A stretch of DNA of 64,000 nt from the human T2T-CHM13v2.0 reference genome, Homo sapiens. Location of the stretch: the NCBI RefSeq assembly GCF_009914755.1, contig NC_060927.1; one strand, given 5' to 3'. Below are positions 50,448-64,000 of the stretch, piece after piece (positions within the stretch are counted from its first letter, which is position 1; the number at the start of each line of letters is the position of its first letter). The position numbers and the translations under genes are program-made. The notes beneath the pieces were generated by a model. That model searched no databases, was not told where the DNA came from, and was given only the letters and a program-made list of their open reading frames with translations.

Positions 50448-51189
50448 TGAGGAGCTACCCAGTAGAGATTCCCACCAACACACACACACACACACACACA
50501 AAGGATCCTTCCACGTAGATACATGAATTTCCATTGTCCTAGTTAGCATAGTTTCATCTTCTATTAAGGTTTTCAAGGCAGGGTCTTAAATCCTGACTTG
50601 GAGCCTTAAGGAGCAGTAAAAACATTAAACATGGAGTTGTTTTTCCTCAAAATTCAACTGTGAAATATTTAAATCCTGAAAAAAAAAGGGAAAAAAAAGA
50701 ACTTTTGTGAATTTTAATCTCATGGTATTGCTAGCATATGGGCAACTTCAGAAATAAGACAATGACTTGTTTCAAAAGAAATCTGATTTTTGATAGACTT
50801 AAATATCCTCTGCCCACACCATCCCAGCTGTCTGCTGGGTTGATTGGTCAGTCCATACTGGGGTTTATGGGATTAAGATTGTTTTAACAAAAGCTATGAG
50901 TTTTTTTATTTAAAAAAATGTTTTTAAGCTATGCTTATATAGTGATCAGACATATGTGTCCTTATATGATTTTAAGAATTACCCTCCAAAGTATGCAGAC
51001 AAAATACAATTGATTTTGTTTACAGATGAGGAAATTGAGGCTCAGTGGAGTTAAGTGATGTGCCCAGAGTAGTATATCTGGAACGATAATCCAGGCCTCC
51101 TGACTCTTACACCTATTATTCAGTTTTATAATACAAAATTGCCTCATCTGCTTCTAGGAAAAGAGCATTTCTCTGAATTCCATATCATG

Positions 51190-52400
51190 TACTGATGTCC
51201 CATTGTCCTGATGAATAGCCTCTAACTTTGTTCTGTCAATACTAATCTCCTTCTTTTACTATAAGCAGTTAAAAGTAGCCATGCAGCAGCCTGAATGTTT
51301 TCCTGCCTAAATATTTCTTCCACCAAATATTCTTGTTCCTCATTCTTAAATTCTGCCTTCCATAAAGCCCTAGGGCATGGACACAATGCAGCTAAGTTCT
51401 TTACAACAGAATAACAAGGATGGCCTTTAGTCCAGTTTCCAATGTCTTGATCTTCATTTCCATCTAAGAACTCATCAGAATGGCCTTTACTGTTTATATT
51501 TCTGTCAACATTCTGGTCACACAAATTAAGTAATCTCTAAGAAGTTTCAGACTTTTCCTAGTCAATCCTCCTGAGTCCTCACCAGAATCACTCTTAACAT
51601 TCTGTTTATGAAAATTCAGGCTTTTTCTAGCTTGTTCTTCCAAAGTCTTTCAACCTCTACCAGTTACCTAGTTCTCAAGCTAATTCTACATTTTCAAGTA
51701 TCTGCTATACCAACAACCACACTTCTTGGTACCAATTTTCTGTCTTAGTCCTTTTCTGTTGCTATAACAGAATACCTGAGACTGGGTAATTTATAATGAA
51801 CAGAAATTTATTTGGCTCATGATTCTGGAGACTGGGAAATCCAAAAGCATGGCACCAGCATCTGTGAGGGCCTTCTTGCTGTGCCATAATGTGGCATAGG
51901 GCATCACATGGTGAGAAAGCAAGTGAGTGCAGGTCAGCTTAAGTGACTTCTTTTTATAAAGTCAACAGTCCTATCATGAGGGCCCTACCCTAAAGACTTT
52001 GTCTCATCCTAATTACCTCACAAAGGCTCCACAACCAATCAACATATGAGTGTGGGGATTATGTTTTCTTTATTTTTATTTTTTATTTTTTTTTGAGACA
52101 GAATTTCACTGATCTCGGCTCACTGCAACCTCTGCCTCCCAGGTTCAAGCGATTCTCCTTCCTCAGCCTCCTGAGTAGCTGGGATTACAGGTGCCTGCCA
52201 CCATGCCCAGCTAATTTTTTGTATATTTAGTGGAGTTGGGGTTTTGCCATGTTGGGCAGGCTGGTCTTGAACTCCTGACCTCAGGTGATCTACCTGCCTT
52301 GGCCCTCCACAGTGCTGGGATTACAGGCGTGAGCCACCATGCCTGGCCAGGATTATGTTTTCTACACATGAAATTTGAGGAACACATTTAAACCGTAGTA
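51190..52400 (-). mobile_element. MaLR (MST/MLT1A-type) internal fragment (~51190-51740) plus LTR (51741-~52400), with an internally deleted AluS at ~52068-52348
   Basis: Junction 'ttggtaccaattttc|tgtcttagtc'; Alu TSD ggattatgttttct. Confidence 0.85.
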
Positions 52401-53218
52401 CCCTCATTTGAATTATTTCAGAATTTTTTAGTTTACAGTATATTTGAGTTCTCTTTAGCCACCCATTTGATTGACCAGATTTAAACATTCTTTAATGCAA
52501 ATATTCATGAAAGCTTATTTAAGGGACATATGGATGTGTACATGAAACCCATATCTCAACCCCTCCTCTCCCCTCTTATCATGACCCCAAGATAGAACAC
52601 ACTCAAGATAGACAAGGCTTTCAGTCTGGAGTTCCTTCCCCTAGGGAGTGGTTTGACTTATGGATAATGCTATGTTAATGGCACTTTCTGAACCATTGAC
52701 TTGGTACCCTATATTTTCCATCCAAGGGAAAGCCAAAGGTGTGTCATTGGTTCTTAGGGCCCTACTCTAATGGCTGGTTATAAAGCCAAAGATGCAGCCA
52801 CAATCTATTCCAGGGCTCAGAATTTAAGGTATCTCTCCCTACTTCTCTCCATTGGAAAAGAACTAGCTTTTCATAAGTCCCAACCCAAATCATTTTATCA
52901 GAATCTGAAGGGTTTATTGCTCACTGGATTTTTTTTCCAGTCAGCAGATAATATTAATGCATCAATTCTTTCATCTTAATTAAGGAGACACATTTAATAA
53001 ATCACAATGATCATCTGGTTCTTTTCTACTGACCAATACAAAGTTGCAGACTGATATGTAATACAGAGCTAAGACACAATTGCTACCTCTATATTGCACA
53101 TTAGCACTATTTTGGTTTATTATTCCAGCTGTCAAAGATAATCACAAACAACTTAAAGAATTACCTCCTACAAATCTTCCACCTATCTCAAGACTAGCAT
53201 TCCTTTCAGGTGAATTTT

Positions 53219-56200
53219 CTTTTTTTTAAGTTAGAGATTTTTTTTAAATTATGGTGACTACAGATAAAAGCAATATATTATATTTTTAGTTTTTTTTCCT
53301 CTCCAACTTTTGAAAGTCTCTGCTTTGGGGCAGAAACTATGGGGTTTTCTAGGTATAAAATCATATTGTTCATGAAGAGAGGTAATTTGACTTCCTTTCT
53401 TCCTATTTTGATGCCTTTTATTTCTTTCTCTTGCCTGATTGCTCTGGCTAGGATTTCCAGTACTATGTTGAATAGGAGTGGTGAGAACAGGCATCCTTGT
53501 CTTGTTACAGTTCTCAAGGAGAATGCTTCTAGCTTTTGCCCATTCGGTATGCTCTTGGCAGTGGATTTATAATAGATGACTCATTATTTTGAAGTAGTTT
53601 CCTTCGATGCCTGGTTTGTTGATGATTTTTAACAAGAAAGGATGTTGAATTTTATCAAAAAGCCCTTCCTGTGTCTATTGAGATGATCATATGATTTTGT
53701 TTTTAGTTCTGTTTATGTGATGAATCACATTTATTGATTTACACATGCTGAGCCAACCTTGCATCCCAGGAATAAAATCTACTTGATTGTGTTTGATTAG
53801 CTTTTTGATGTGCTGCTGGATTCGGTTTGCTAGTGTTTTGTTGAGGATTTTTGCATCCCTGTTCGTGAGGGATATTGACCTGAAGTTTTCTATTTTTGTT
53901 ATGTCCCTGCCAGGTTTTGGTATCAGAATGATGCTGGCCTCATAGAGTAGAATGAGTTGGGGTGGAGTTCCTCTTTCTCAATTCGCTGGATTAGTTTTAA
54001 TAGGATTTATACCAGCTCTTTACACATCTGGTATAATTCAGCTGTGAATCTGTCTTGTCCAGGGCTTTTCCTGGTTCGTAGGCTTTTTATTACTGATTCA
54101 ATTTCAGAACTCATTATTGGTCTCTTCAGGCTTTTTAATTTCTTCCTGTTTCAATCTTGGGAGGTTGTATGTTTCCAGGAATTTACCCATCTCTTGTAGG
54201 TTTTCTAGTTTGTCTGCATAAAGGTGTTTGTAGTAGTCTCTGAGTATTTTTTGTATTTCTGTGAGGTCAGTAGAAATGTCCCCTTTGTCATTTCTAATTG
54301 TGTTTATTTGGATCTTCTCTCTTTTTTCTTTATTAGTCTAGCCAGCAGCCTATTAGTCCTCTTCCTTCAAAAAACAAACTCTTGGTTTCATTGATCATTG
54401 GTGTCATTTTTTTGCTTCTCAATTTCATTCAGTTTAGCTTTGATTTTGCTTATTTCTTTTCTTCTGCTGTCTTTGGGGTTGGTTTGCTCTTGTTTTTCTA
54501 GTTCCTCTAGGTGTGATATTAGGTTGTTAATTTGAGATCTTTCTAATTTTTGATGTGAACATTTAATGCTATAAACTTTCCTCTTAAGATTGCTTTACAT
54601 GTGTCTCAGAGATTCTGGTATATTATAGCTTAGTTCTCATTAGTTTCAAAGAATTTCTTGATTTCCCCCCTTAATTTCATTGTCTACACAAAAGTCATTC
54701 AGGAGCAGGCTGTTTAATTTCCATGTAATTGTATGGTTTTGAGAGATCATCTTAGTATTAATTTCTGTTTTTATTGTGCTGTGCTCCAAGAATGTGTTTC
54801 TTATGATTTGGAGTATTTTTTAGTTTGTTGAGAATTGTTTTATGTGTGAGTGTCTGGTTGATTTTAGAGTGCATGCCACATGAGAAGAGAAGAACATATA
54901 TTGTATAGGTGTCTTTTACACCCATTTGGTCAAGTGTCGAGTTTAAGTCCCAAATATATTTGTTAGTTTTCTGCTTCCATGATGTGTCTAATACTGTCAT
55001 TGCGATGTTGAGGTCCCCCACTATTATTGTGTGGTTATCTAAGTTACCTCATAGGTATGTAAGAACTTGTTTTATGAATATAGGTGATCCAGTGTCTGAC
55101 TGTATTGTGAAATTCTTATAGTGAGTTATTTAGCTCTATCAGATCAGTTTGGTTGAGCTCTTGTTTCATTTTATTGGATTCCTTAGATTCCTTGGATTGG
55201 GTTTCAACTTTCTCCTGAATCTCAATGATCTTTGTTACTATCCAGATACTGAATTCAATGTCTGTCTTTTCAGCCATTTCAGCCTGGTTAAGAACCATTG
55301 CTGAAGAGCTAGTGTGATTGTTTGGAGGTAAGAAGACACTCTGACTTTTTGAGTTGCCAGAGTTCTTGAGCTGGTTATTTCTCATCTGTGTGGGCTGATG
55401 TTCCTTTAGTATTTGACATTGCTGTCCTTCGGATGGGGTTTTTTTGCTTTTGTATTCTTCAGTGCCCTTGAGGGTTTGACCCAGTTGACTGGCTTTGTTC
55501 CTGGATTATTTCAGGGTGCCAAGACTCAGCTCACCACTCCTAGGCTGTGTGCTCTAACCCTGGAGGGTTGGTACCAAGCCTACAGCTTTACTCTCTGGCC
55601 CCTCGAGGTTAAGCACCTGCTGTGTTGGAGGGGCTGAGGTGTTCCCACTCCACTGGTAAAAATGCTCTGATGGGGTGCCGGCAAAAGCACTTCATTTGGG
55701 TGGTGGCAGCAGGGTCCATGCTCATGTGCATGTATGCCGGCAGTAGTGGGGTGGTAGAGACCACATGCGTGTGCTCACTCCAGCAGCATTGATGTGGTGG
55801 TGTCTGTGTGCATATGCTGGTGGCAACAGTGGTGTGGGAGGGTGTGTACACACCAGCAAATGTGGGGTGGTGGCATCCATATGCACACATGTACTGTACA
55901 CCTGCACTGGCAGGGGCAGGGCAGCAGTGGCGAGGTTCACGTGTGCACTGGCGGCAATAGCGTGGTGAGGTCCACACATGCTGGCAAAGCAGTGGGAGGA
56001 GGCTGTGGGCAAGTGCACATCCTCTGGGGCCCATCTACTGAAGCTCTCTGACAGTTAGGCGGGGACTACCAGCAAAGAATCTATGGTGATGGCTACCAGA
56101 AAGTGCTTCCAAGGCTGCGCTGCAAGCAGATACAGCCAGGCAGGGACCACAGGAGAGGCCAACAAACAGGGGCCTGCTCAGATCAGACTGGTCCTGTCCC

Positions 56201-56852
56201 ACAGGCAAGACCACCCTGCTTTGTCTAGGTCCAAGAGTCAACAAAAGCCAAAGCCACCTAGAGGAGCATGGCAAGCCTTGGGGTATGACATCCCTGGCCA
56301 TGCTCCACTGTAGCCATTCCCACGCCAAACCCTCTGGGCTCCACACAGGCTAGAGTTCTGTCCCTGCCACCTCTCCAAGCAGCTGTCCCTGTCAGCTCAA
56401 ATGTTCATGGGGGTCATAGGGTCTCCTGCAGCTAGGATTCTGAAGATCCATGGTGAGAGTAGGCCACTCCTTGCCTATTTAACTCACTCCTTCCCCAGGA
56501 GCCACTGAAGGCCAGGAATAAGTCCTGGTACTCAGCAGTCCTGTACAGGGTTCCTACCTTACTCCCCCTGCAGCTCAGGGTTTGCATCCTCCCTCCGTCT
56601 ATTCTCAATGCCTTCCTTCCGAAGGTCTGCTCAGAGCGTGCCAGTCTTCTCTATCTGGTCTTTTTGTGGGAGATGTTCTTCCTGCCTGCATATAGTTGGC
56701 CATCTTGCCTCTTCTCCCTGAAAATTTATAAGAGAGTGGATTTTAAGTGCTATGGCCTAGAAATAGGAGGCACGGCATGCCAAGCAGGCCATGTAAGGAA
56801 ACCTCAGGAAGCCTCAGTGTGATCAGAAGACAGAGTAGCAGAAACAAGGGCG
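53219..56852 (-). mobile_element. Composite TSD-bounded L1PA15/16-like insertion: 5' extra DNA, 5'UTR, partial ORF1/ORF2, 3' extra DNA
   Basis: L1 starts (sense) 'gggagaagaggcaagatggcc' at ~56719; ORF1 peptide 55116-55385; ORF2 peptides down to ~53320; 16-bp TSD ctttcaggt(g/a)aatttt at 53203-53218 and 56853-56868. Confidence 0.88.
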
Positions 56853-57026
56853 CTTTCAGGTAAATTTTAAAGAGACAGTTCTGGTACTAAGCTGTAGCAA
56901 CAGCATTCATTACCAAGGTGCATTTTCTTGTTCATGGAATCACTCAATGCTTGGCACAAACTGCCATTTTTTCACTCATTTAACAAATCTTTACTGTGTG
57001 ACTACTCTGTGCCAGGCACTATTTTA

Positions 57027-57088
57027 AGATAGATAGATAGAATATATATATATATATATATGTCTATTAAACCTCTTTTTCTTTATAA

Positions 57089-57128
<40 letters not shown>
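57027..57128. repeat. (GATA)n/(TA)n microsatellite with an embedded 30-bp THE1-derived insert, inside an L2 fragment (~56970-57650)
   Basis: TA tracts on both sides of gtctattaaacctctttttctttataaatt (57062-57091). Confidence 0.92.
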
Positions 57129-57133
<5 letters not shown>

Positions 57134-58424
57134 CTTCCTTTGGAAGAGTTTATAGTCTAGCTAGAGAGAGAGATAAATATATCAATATTCATTGTTAAAT
57201 TGGAGTAGGAATAAATGACTAAATAAAGCAGTGATTGGAAGCAGGAAGTGTTGGGGAGTGAGGCTGGGAATTGCAATTTTATATATGATGGTCATGGGAG
57301 GCCTAATGGAGAAGGAAATGGTGTGAGCAAAGACCGAAAAGACATACAGATATGTAGGGAAAGAGCAATCCAGGCAGAGAAGTTAGGAAGTGCAGAGTTC
57401 CTGAGGCTAGAGAATGCTTGGTGAGTTTTACAAACAAGGAGAGGACGATGAAGTGGCTGGGGAGGAATCGGTGTGTTGTAGAGCAGTAGTGGACAGACAA
57501 GGTCAGAGTGGAGCTCAGGATCATACCATGTAAAGTTCTGACAGGCATCAAAAAGTCTTTGAGTTTGTGTCTGGATGAGATGTGAACTACTAAAAGATTT
57601 GAGTGGAGGAATTACATGGTCTATCTTAATTTTAAGAGAATCACTCTTGTGCCCATGTGTTCATGTAACAAACACTTATTGAGCATATACTTAGCATCAA
57701 GCTTGACGCCAGGAATTGGGGACACAAAGTTAAACAAAATTTGGCTTCTTCTTTCAGTTCACGGAATCTGCTGCAGCTATTTATACAGGTTGCTCTGAAA
57801 ATGAGTTAAATGTCTTATTTAATTCAGTACATGGGCAAGGACCATGGGTTGTGAGTGAGTGAGGCTGTAGTTTTATTCCACTGCTGAGTGCCTCAACCAT
57901 TCCCATGTATTGCCTTCTGTTTGATTGGTGCCAAGCCCATTTTTCACAGGCTCATCCATTACTTTCCCTAATCTGACTAATAATTTCTTTCTTATGGCTG
58001 AATCAAGGCTGGTATATATTCAAGTTAAAAGTGTTTTGTATTAAAATGTATTTCATCAGATTTCAAAAAGCCAAGTTCTCTCTGTAAGGAGAAATGCAGA
58101 TTATCCAAAGGAATCTTATGATCATTTGCAACTGTGGGTTGCTTTATTGAGGAGCATGCAAGTAAGGAATGCTAAAATCATTTCCACTTCCCCTCCACAC
58201 TCTCTCCAAGTTGGCAATTAAATCACTATATGTGAACCTTGAGGCAGAATGAATGTTCTCAGGCCAATTTGGGGGTAAATTATCTGGTAAAAGAAACCAA
58301 AACCAGCCTCCCTAATAACTTCCGTAACACAAAGTCACTTTTTACTGTTACTGTGTCTGTGACATAATTTACAAAATTCCCTTTTGCCAAGAGGGGACTA
58401 AGTGGGCATGCTCTTCATACCCAG

Positions 58425-59975
58425 GTTATTAGTCGGCTTTTGCTATACAGCAAGCTATCACTAAGTCTCAGCAGCACACAGTAATCAGCAATTATCTCTG
58501 TTCAAGTTGAGCAGTTGAGCTGGTGTCTCTGCTTCAGGGTGTGGGTTGTGCTCAAATGTAGTGAGGCCCAGACTGAAGAACTGGAGCATGTTCCTCTCAC
58601 TGTAGACATTAGAAGCTCCCAGTATAGTGAGTTGAAAGGTGTCCCCACACCCTACAAAATGTTCTAACTCCTTGATATGGTTTGGCTGTGTCCCCACCCA
58701 AATCTCATCTGGAATTTTAGCTCCCACAATTCCCAAGTGTGGTGGGAGGGACCCGGTGGGAGGTAATTGAATCGTAGGGGTGGGTCTTTCCTATGCTTTT
58801 CTTGTGATAGTGAATAAGTCTCATGAAATCTGATGGTTTTATAAAGAGGAGTTTCCCTGCACATGCTCTATCTTCCCTGCCACTGTGTAAGATGTGACTT
58901 GCTCCTCCTTGCCTTCCACCATGATTGTGAGGCCTCCCCAGACATGTGGAACTATGAGTCAATTAAACCTCTTTTCTTTGTAAATTACCCAGCCTTGGGT
59001 ATGTCTTTATCAGTAGGGTGAATATGGACTAATACACCTTTTGAACCTGTAAATGTGATCTTATTTAGGAAAAAAAGTCTTCTATAGGTTGAATGTTTGT
59101 TTCCCCCAAAATTCATATGTTTAAGCCCTTACCCTCAATATGATAGTATTTGGAGGCAGGGCCTTTGGGAGGTAATTAGGTTTAGATGAGAGTGGAACTT
59201 CCATGATGGTATTGGTGCCGTTTTAAGAAGAGGGAGAGACATCAGCGCTCTCTCTCTCTCTCTCTCTTCAACTATGTGAGGCTATGGCAAGAAGATGGCC
59301 ATCTGCAAACCAGGAAGAGGGTCTTCGCAAGACATGGCATCTGCCAGCACCTTGATCTTGAACTTTTCAGCCTCCAGAAGTGTGAAAAATAAATATCTGT
59401 TGTTTAAGTCACCAAGTCTATGGTATTTCATCATAGCAGCCCAAGCTAACTAAGACAGTGTCTTTGTAAATGTAATTAAGTCCAGGATCTTAAGATGAGA
59501 TAATCATTTGCAATCTATGTGGGTACTATATCCAATGACCAAGTAAGGGTTCTTATAAGATACAGAAGAGAAGATGGTACAAGGAGGCTGTGGAAAGATA
59601 AAGACAGAGATTAGAATTAGGCAAGCACAAGCCTAGGAACACACTTTGCAGGGAGAACAGCTTTGTTGACCTCTTGACTTTGAACTTCTGGCCTCCAGAA
59701 TAGTGAAAGAATTTCAGTTATTTTATACCATCAAGTTTGCAGTAATTTGTTACAGCAACCACAGAAAACCAATACACAGAGGGATGAATGGAAACATATG
59801 AAGATCATACAACATAAGCTTGGAATCCAGACACTGTCCCTTCTACCTACCTTCCATTAGCCAAAACCTGTCACCAGGACAAGCCCAGTACCCATGAAGC
59901 TGGGATGTACACTACTCCTATGGAGGTCAGGGAGGAGTGAAAGCAAGAGATTTTTTGCTGAATAATAATCTACCA
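58425..59975. mobile_element. Nested MaLR LTR cluster: old MLT1 > MLT1B/C-like (~58625-59776) > THE1B solo LTR (58673-59036, +) and MLT1A/MST-like LTR (~59083-59457, +)
   Basis: THE1 termini tgatatggtttggctgtgtcccc...ggactaataca; the host LTR 'gtctt(c/t)...gtaattaag' resumes after each insert. Confidence 0.8.
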
Positions 59976-60401
59976 TACTTTGTTTTGTTTCTTTCGTAGC
60001 ATTTGCTCACTAGGTCTTCCTTCCAAATCTAGGATTCCAGAAGACAACTCAGAACTTACCTGGGGATTTCTGTACATAGAAACCAGTGTTCTAAGATAAA
60101 AGGATGATGGATGAATCATAGGAAGTTCAGTGGATATGAGCCAAGTTCCCAAAGAGGAAATGGTAAGGATTTCTAAGCCTCAACTAGCCTCCCGTCTCTG
60201 CACAGATCTCCAACACTTTAGATACAAAAGATACACCATGCAAATACACCTCTCCTAAAGCACTGGCCCTGAATGCTATGCTCTTTGATCCTGGTGAGCT
60301 GAGCTGAAAGTTGCTGAGAGGACTGCTTTCTAACCTCTTTCCTTTTGACTCATTTTTTTTAGAATGGGCCTTGGACCACCTGTATGGAATTACTTAGGGT
60401 G

Positions 60402-61066
60402 TGATATGGTTTGGCTGTGTCTCCACCCAAATCTCATCTTGTTTTGTAGCTCCCATAATTCCCACATGTTGTTTGAGGGACCTGATGGGAGATAATTGAA
60501 TCATGGAGGTAGTTTCTCTCCTACTGTTCTCATGGCAGTGAATAAGTCTCATGAGATCTGATGGTTTTATAAGGGGAAATCCCTTTCACTTGGTTCTTAT
60601 TCTCTCTTGACTTCTGCCATATAAGATATGCCTCGGCCGGGTGCAGTGGCTCACGTCTGTAATGTCAGCACTTTGGGAGGCCAAGGTGGGCGGATCACGA
60701 GGTCAGGAGATCGAGACCATCCTGGCTAACACAGTGAAATCCCGTCTCTACTAAAAATACAAAAAAAAATTAGCCGGGCATGGTGGCGGGCACCTGTAGT
60801 CCCAGCTACTCAGGGGGCTGAGGCAGGAGAATGGCATCAACCCAGGAGGCAGAGCTTGCAGTGAGCAGAGATCGTGCCACTACACTTCAGCCTGTGCAAC
60901 AGAGCGAGACTCCATCCCCCAAAAAAAAAGATGTGCCTCTTGCCTTCTGCCATGATTGTGAGGCCTCCCCAGGCACGTGAAACTGAGTCTATTAAACCTC
61001 TTTTTCTTTATAAATTACACAGTCTCAAGCATGTCTTTATTAGTATCATGAAAGTGGACTAATACA
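60402..61066 (+). mobile_element. THE1 (C-like) solo LTR containing an AluY (60635-~60930), inserted in a MER5-like element
   Basis: TSD gggtg at 60397-60401 and 61067-61071; Alu TSD aagat(a/g)tgcctc. Confidence 0.92.
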
Positions 61067-61430
61067 GGGTGCTTCTTACAAATGCAAGTTTTTCAATCTA
61101 CTGCTCACCCCCTGAATCAGAATCTCTGGCAATTTTAACACACATCTCAGAGAATTTTGATGCACACTAATTTAAACATCACTGTTGTTTCTCAAACTTT
61201 ATACTATCTTGTATATATCACCAGCACCCATTAGCAGATGTGAGTGATCCTGTACTTTCTGGGAATATGGGTTCACCATCCTAAGTCTCTGTGATAGGAA
61301 ATTTCCTTTAACTCTAGTGTTTTCTCTCTCAAGTTCATGAATATTAACCTTCTATTCTACAATGTGTTTGCTCCATTGAAGACAAATATTTTCCCCTAGA
61401 CTTTTGGTTAAATTGAGGCTCAACAGTTTT

Positions 61431-62242
<812 letters not shown>

Positions 62243-62544
62243 GAGGCTTAACAGTTTTGCTGAGCCAGCAGCTTTGTGCATTGCTCACCATGCCATTCTT
62301 CACAGCCTTCTATGTCTTCACCCTGATGCTGGATCACTCTGGTGTTGAGGAGGGGACACATGGGGAGGAGTTCTTCAGAGTCTCTTTTCCAGAGAAATCT
62401 AGATATGCTCACGCAAAAAGTACTTGGTATTTACTTTTGAGGGCCTCACAACCCCTGTGAAGCATTTTGAGGGCTCCTAGGTGAGGAGGCCTTAGTCTAA
62501 AGTTTACAGCAGTGTAGCTAGATGATTCATTTCTATAATGAAAA

Positions 62545-62720
62545 CAATAATAAAGTGATAACTAGCATTTACTGAGCACTTACCACATGCCAGGCACTGG
62601 TCTAAACTTCTTACCTGCTTTATCTCATTTCACCCTTGTACTGCCCTGAGGAGTAGGTATCGTTATTAACTCCATTTTATAGTTGGGAAACACAGGCCTT
62701 TGAGAGGCCATATAGCTAGA
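62545..62720 (-). mobile_element. MIR SINE
   Basis: 'agcatttactgagcacttaccacatgccaggcactg...ccattttatagttgggaaac'. Confidence 0.75.
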
Positions 62721-63339
62721 CCCAGTTCAATAACCTCTTTCTCGCAGGCCACATGCTGATTTTTCTCATACCTCCTAGAGTTCCCCTTGCTGAAGACTAA
62801 AGTAAAATTACCTGGCCTATTGTCAAACCATACAGATCACCTTAACTTTTCCCCTGAAAGAAGGGGACTCCAGAGAAATAATCAGTAGCCTTGAATACTC
62901 TTTGGCTTGACCCATGGGCATCTCGTGGCCATGTCTTACATGTTCATTGCTTATCTGTTCATTTTCCTGCACACTATTTACTATTTACCTGTTCGTTATT
63001 TTAACACAAAATTGAGTCTCCAGTGTCCAATGGGGTGACCACCAGTATACAATACATTCATGGTGATAAGAGCAATGAGGAAAATTAGGCAAGTTTAGGA
63101 AAAAGAGAGTGTTGAGGTTGGCAGTAACATTTGAAATAAGATAGGTGCAATGGTTTGGATATTTGACTCTCCAAACCTCATGTTGAAATTTGATCCCCAA
63201 TATAGGAAGAGGGGCTTAATGGGAGGTATTTTGGTCATGGGGTGAAGCCCTCATGAAGAGATGAATATCCTCCTTGGCAGGGTCGGGAGGGGATGAGTGA
63301 GTTCTCGCTCTGTTAGTTCCTGCAACAGCTGGTTGTTAA

Positions 63340-63847
63340 TGTTTTTCCCGTTTGCCCCGAGAATACTTGCAGGTGGTGCTTGCGGCTGCCGCATTTACCC
63401 CAAAATAACTTTGCCACAAAATATTTCACATTTGTTATTATGTTCACATCACTTTAGTAAATAGACTTTGGAAACAAAACACATCATTCTATTTATAGCA
63501 TTCTGTTTTTAGTAGTGGTATTTCCATTTACAAAATACAGTAATTCTCAATGGCTGAAAATGTCAAATCCTAGAAAACATAGCATGCCAATGATGTTAAC
63601 ATCATTCTTGAACAGTTGTTGGCTGAAGATTCATTGCATGAATCCAATGTTTCTGAAATAGACAATTCTGATCATTCAGATGATCGTGATATTAGTTATT
63701 ATACATAACTACAAGAACAGTTTCTATATTTTATTTTCACATTGAAAATCAGTCAGATTTACTTCAGCCACAAAGAGTGTGTTTATGTAAAATTAAATGA
63801 GTGCTGGCAGTGAGCTGCACATTTTATTTTTCTAAACAGGAAAAGGG
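63340..63847 (+). mobile_element. MER75 (piggyBac-derived), inserted in an MST-type LTR (~63146 to window end)
   Basis: TTAA TSD at 63336-63339 and 63848-63851; TIRs ttttcccgttt / aaacaggaaaaggg; body matches the recalled MER75 consensus. Confidence 0.93.
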
Positions 63848-64000
63848 TTAAAAAGAGCCTGGAGCCTCCCTGCTTGCTCTCTTACCTCCTCTCTCACCCT
63901 GTGATCTCTGCACATGCTGGCTCCCCTTTCTCTGAAACTCCCACCAGGAGCTGATGCTAGTGCCATGCTTCTTGTACAGCCTGCAGAACCATGACTCAAA

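Noticed and set aside
55609-56346. Cluster of overlapping Cys/His/Ala-rich ORFs
   Set aside because: They lie in the GC-richer, internally repetitive 5'UTR of an old L1; no recognisable protein.

Overview
This is a repeat-dominated, apparently intergenic window of human DNA. A nearly perfect AluYa5 indicates Homo. I find no intact protein-coding gene, and almost all ORF-track entries are fragments of L1, Alu or LTR elements or chance ORFs. There are two processed pseudogenes. A very young PSMC1 retrocopy (47132-48701, +) has a 15-bp TSD and poly(A), and its only visible coding lesion is Y295*. An old, 5'-truncated RPLP0 retrocopy lies at about 45096-45803 (-). From memory the locus resembles PSMC1P1 at 3p14; this is unverified. 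The most informative signals are mechanistic footprints rather than a new gene system: (i) three older L1 copies whose boundaries enclose extra non-L1 DNA (a 3' transduction, a candidate 5' transduction, and one TSD-bounded copy with both plus large internal deletions); (ii) two local templated insertions, a ~310-bp copy flanked by 20-bp direct repeats and an exact 30-bp piece of a neighbouring THE1 LTR inside a (TA)n tract; (iii) a twin-primed L1PA3-like insertion with an unusually large gap; (iv) a 28-bp AT minisatellite whose unit contains a perfect 22-bp palindrome; (v) a five-level transposon nest containing a full-length THE1 element. Repeat subfamily names come from recalled consensus sequences, and boundaries of old repeats are approximate.
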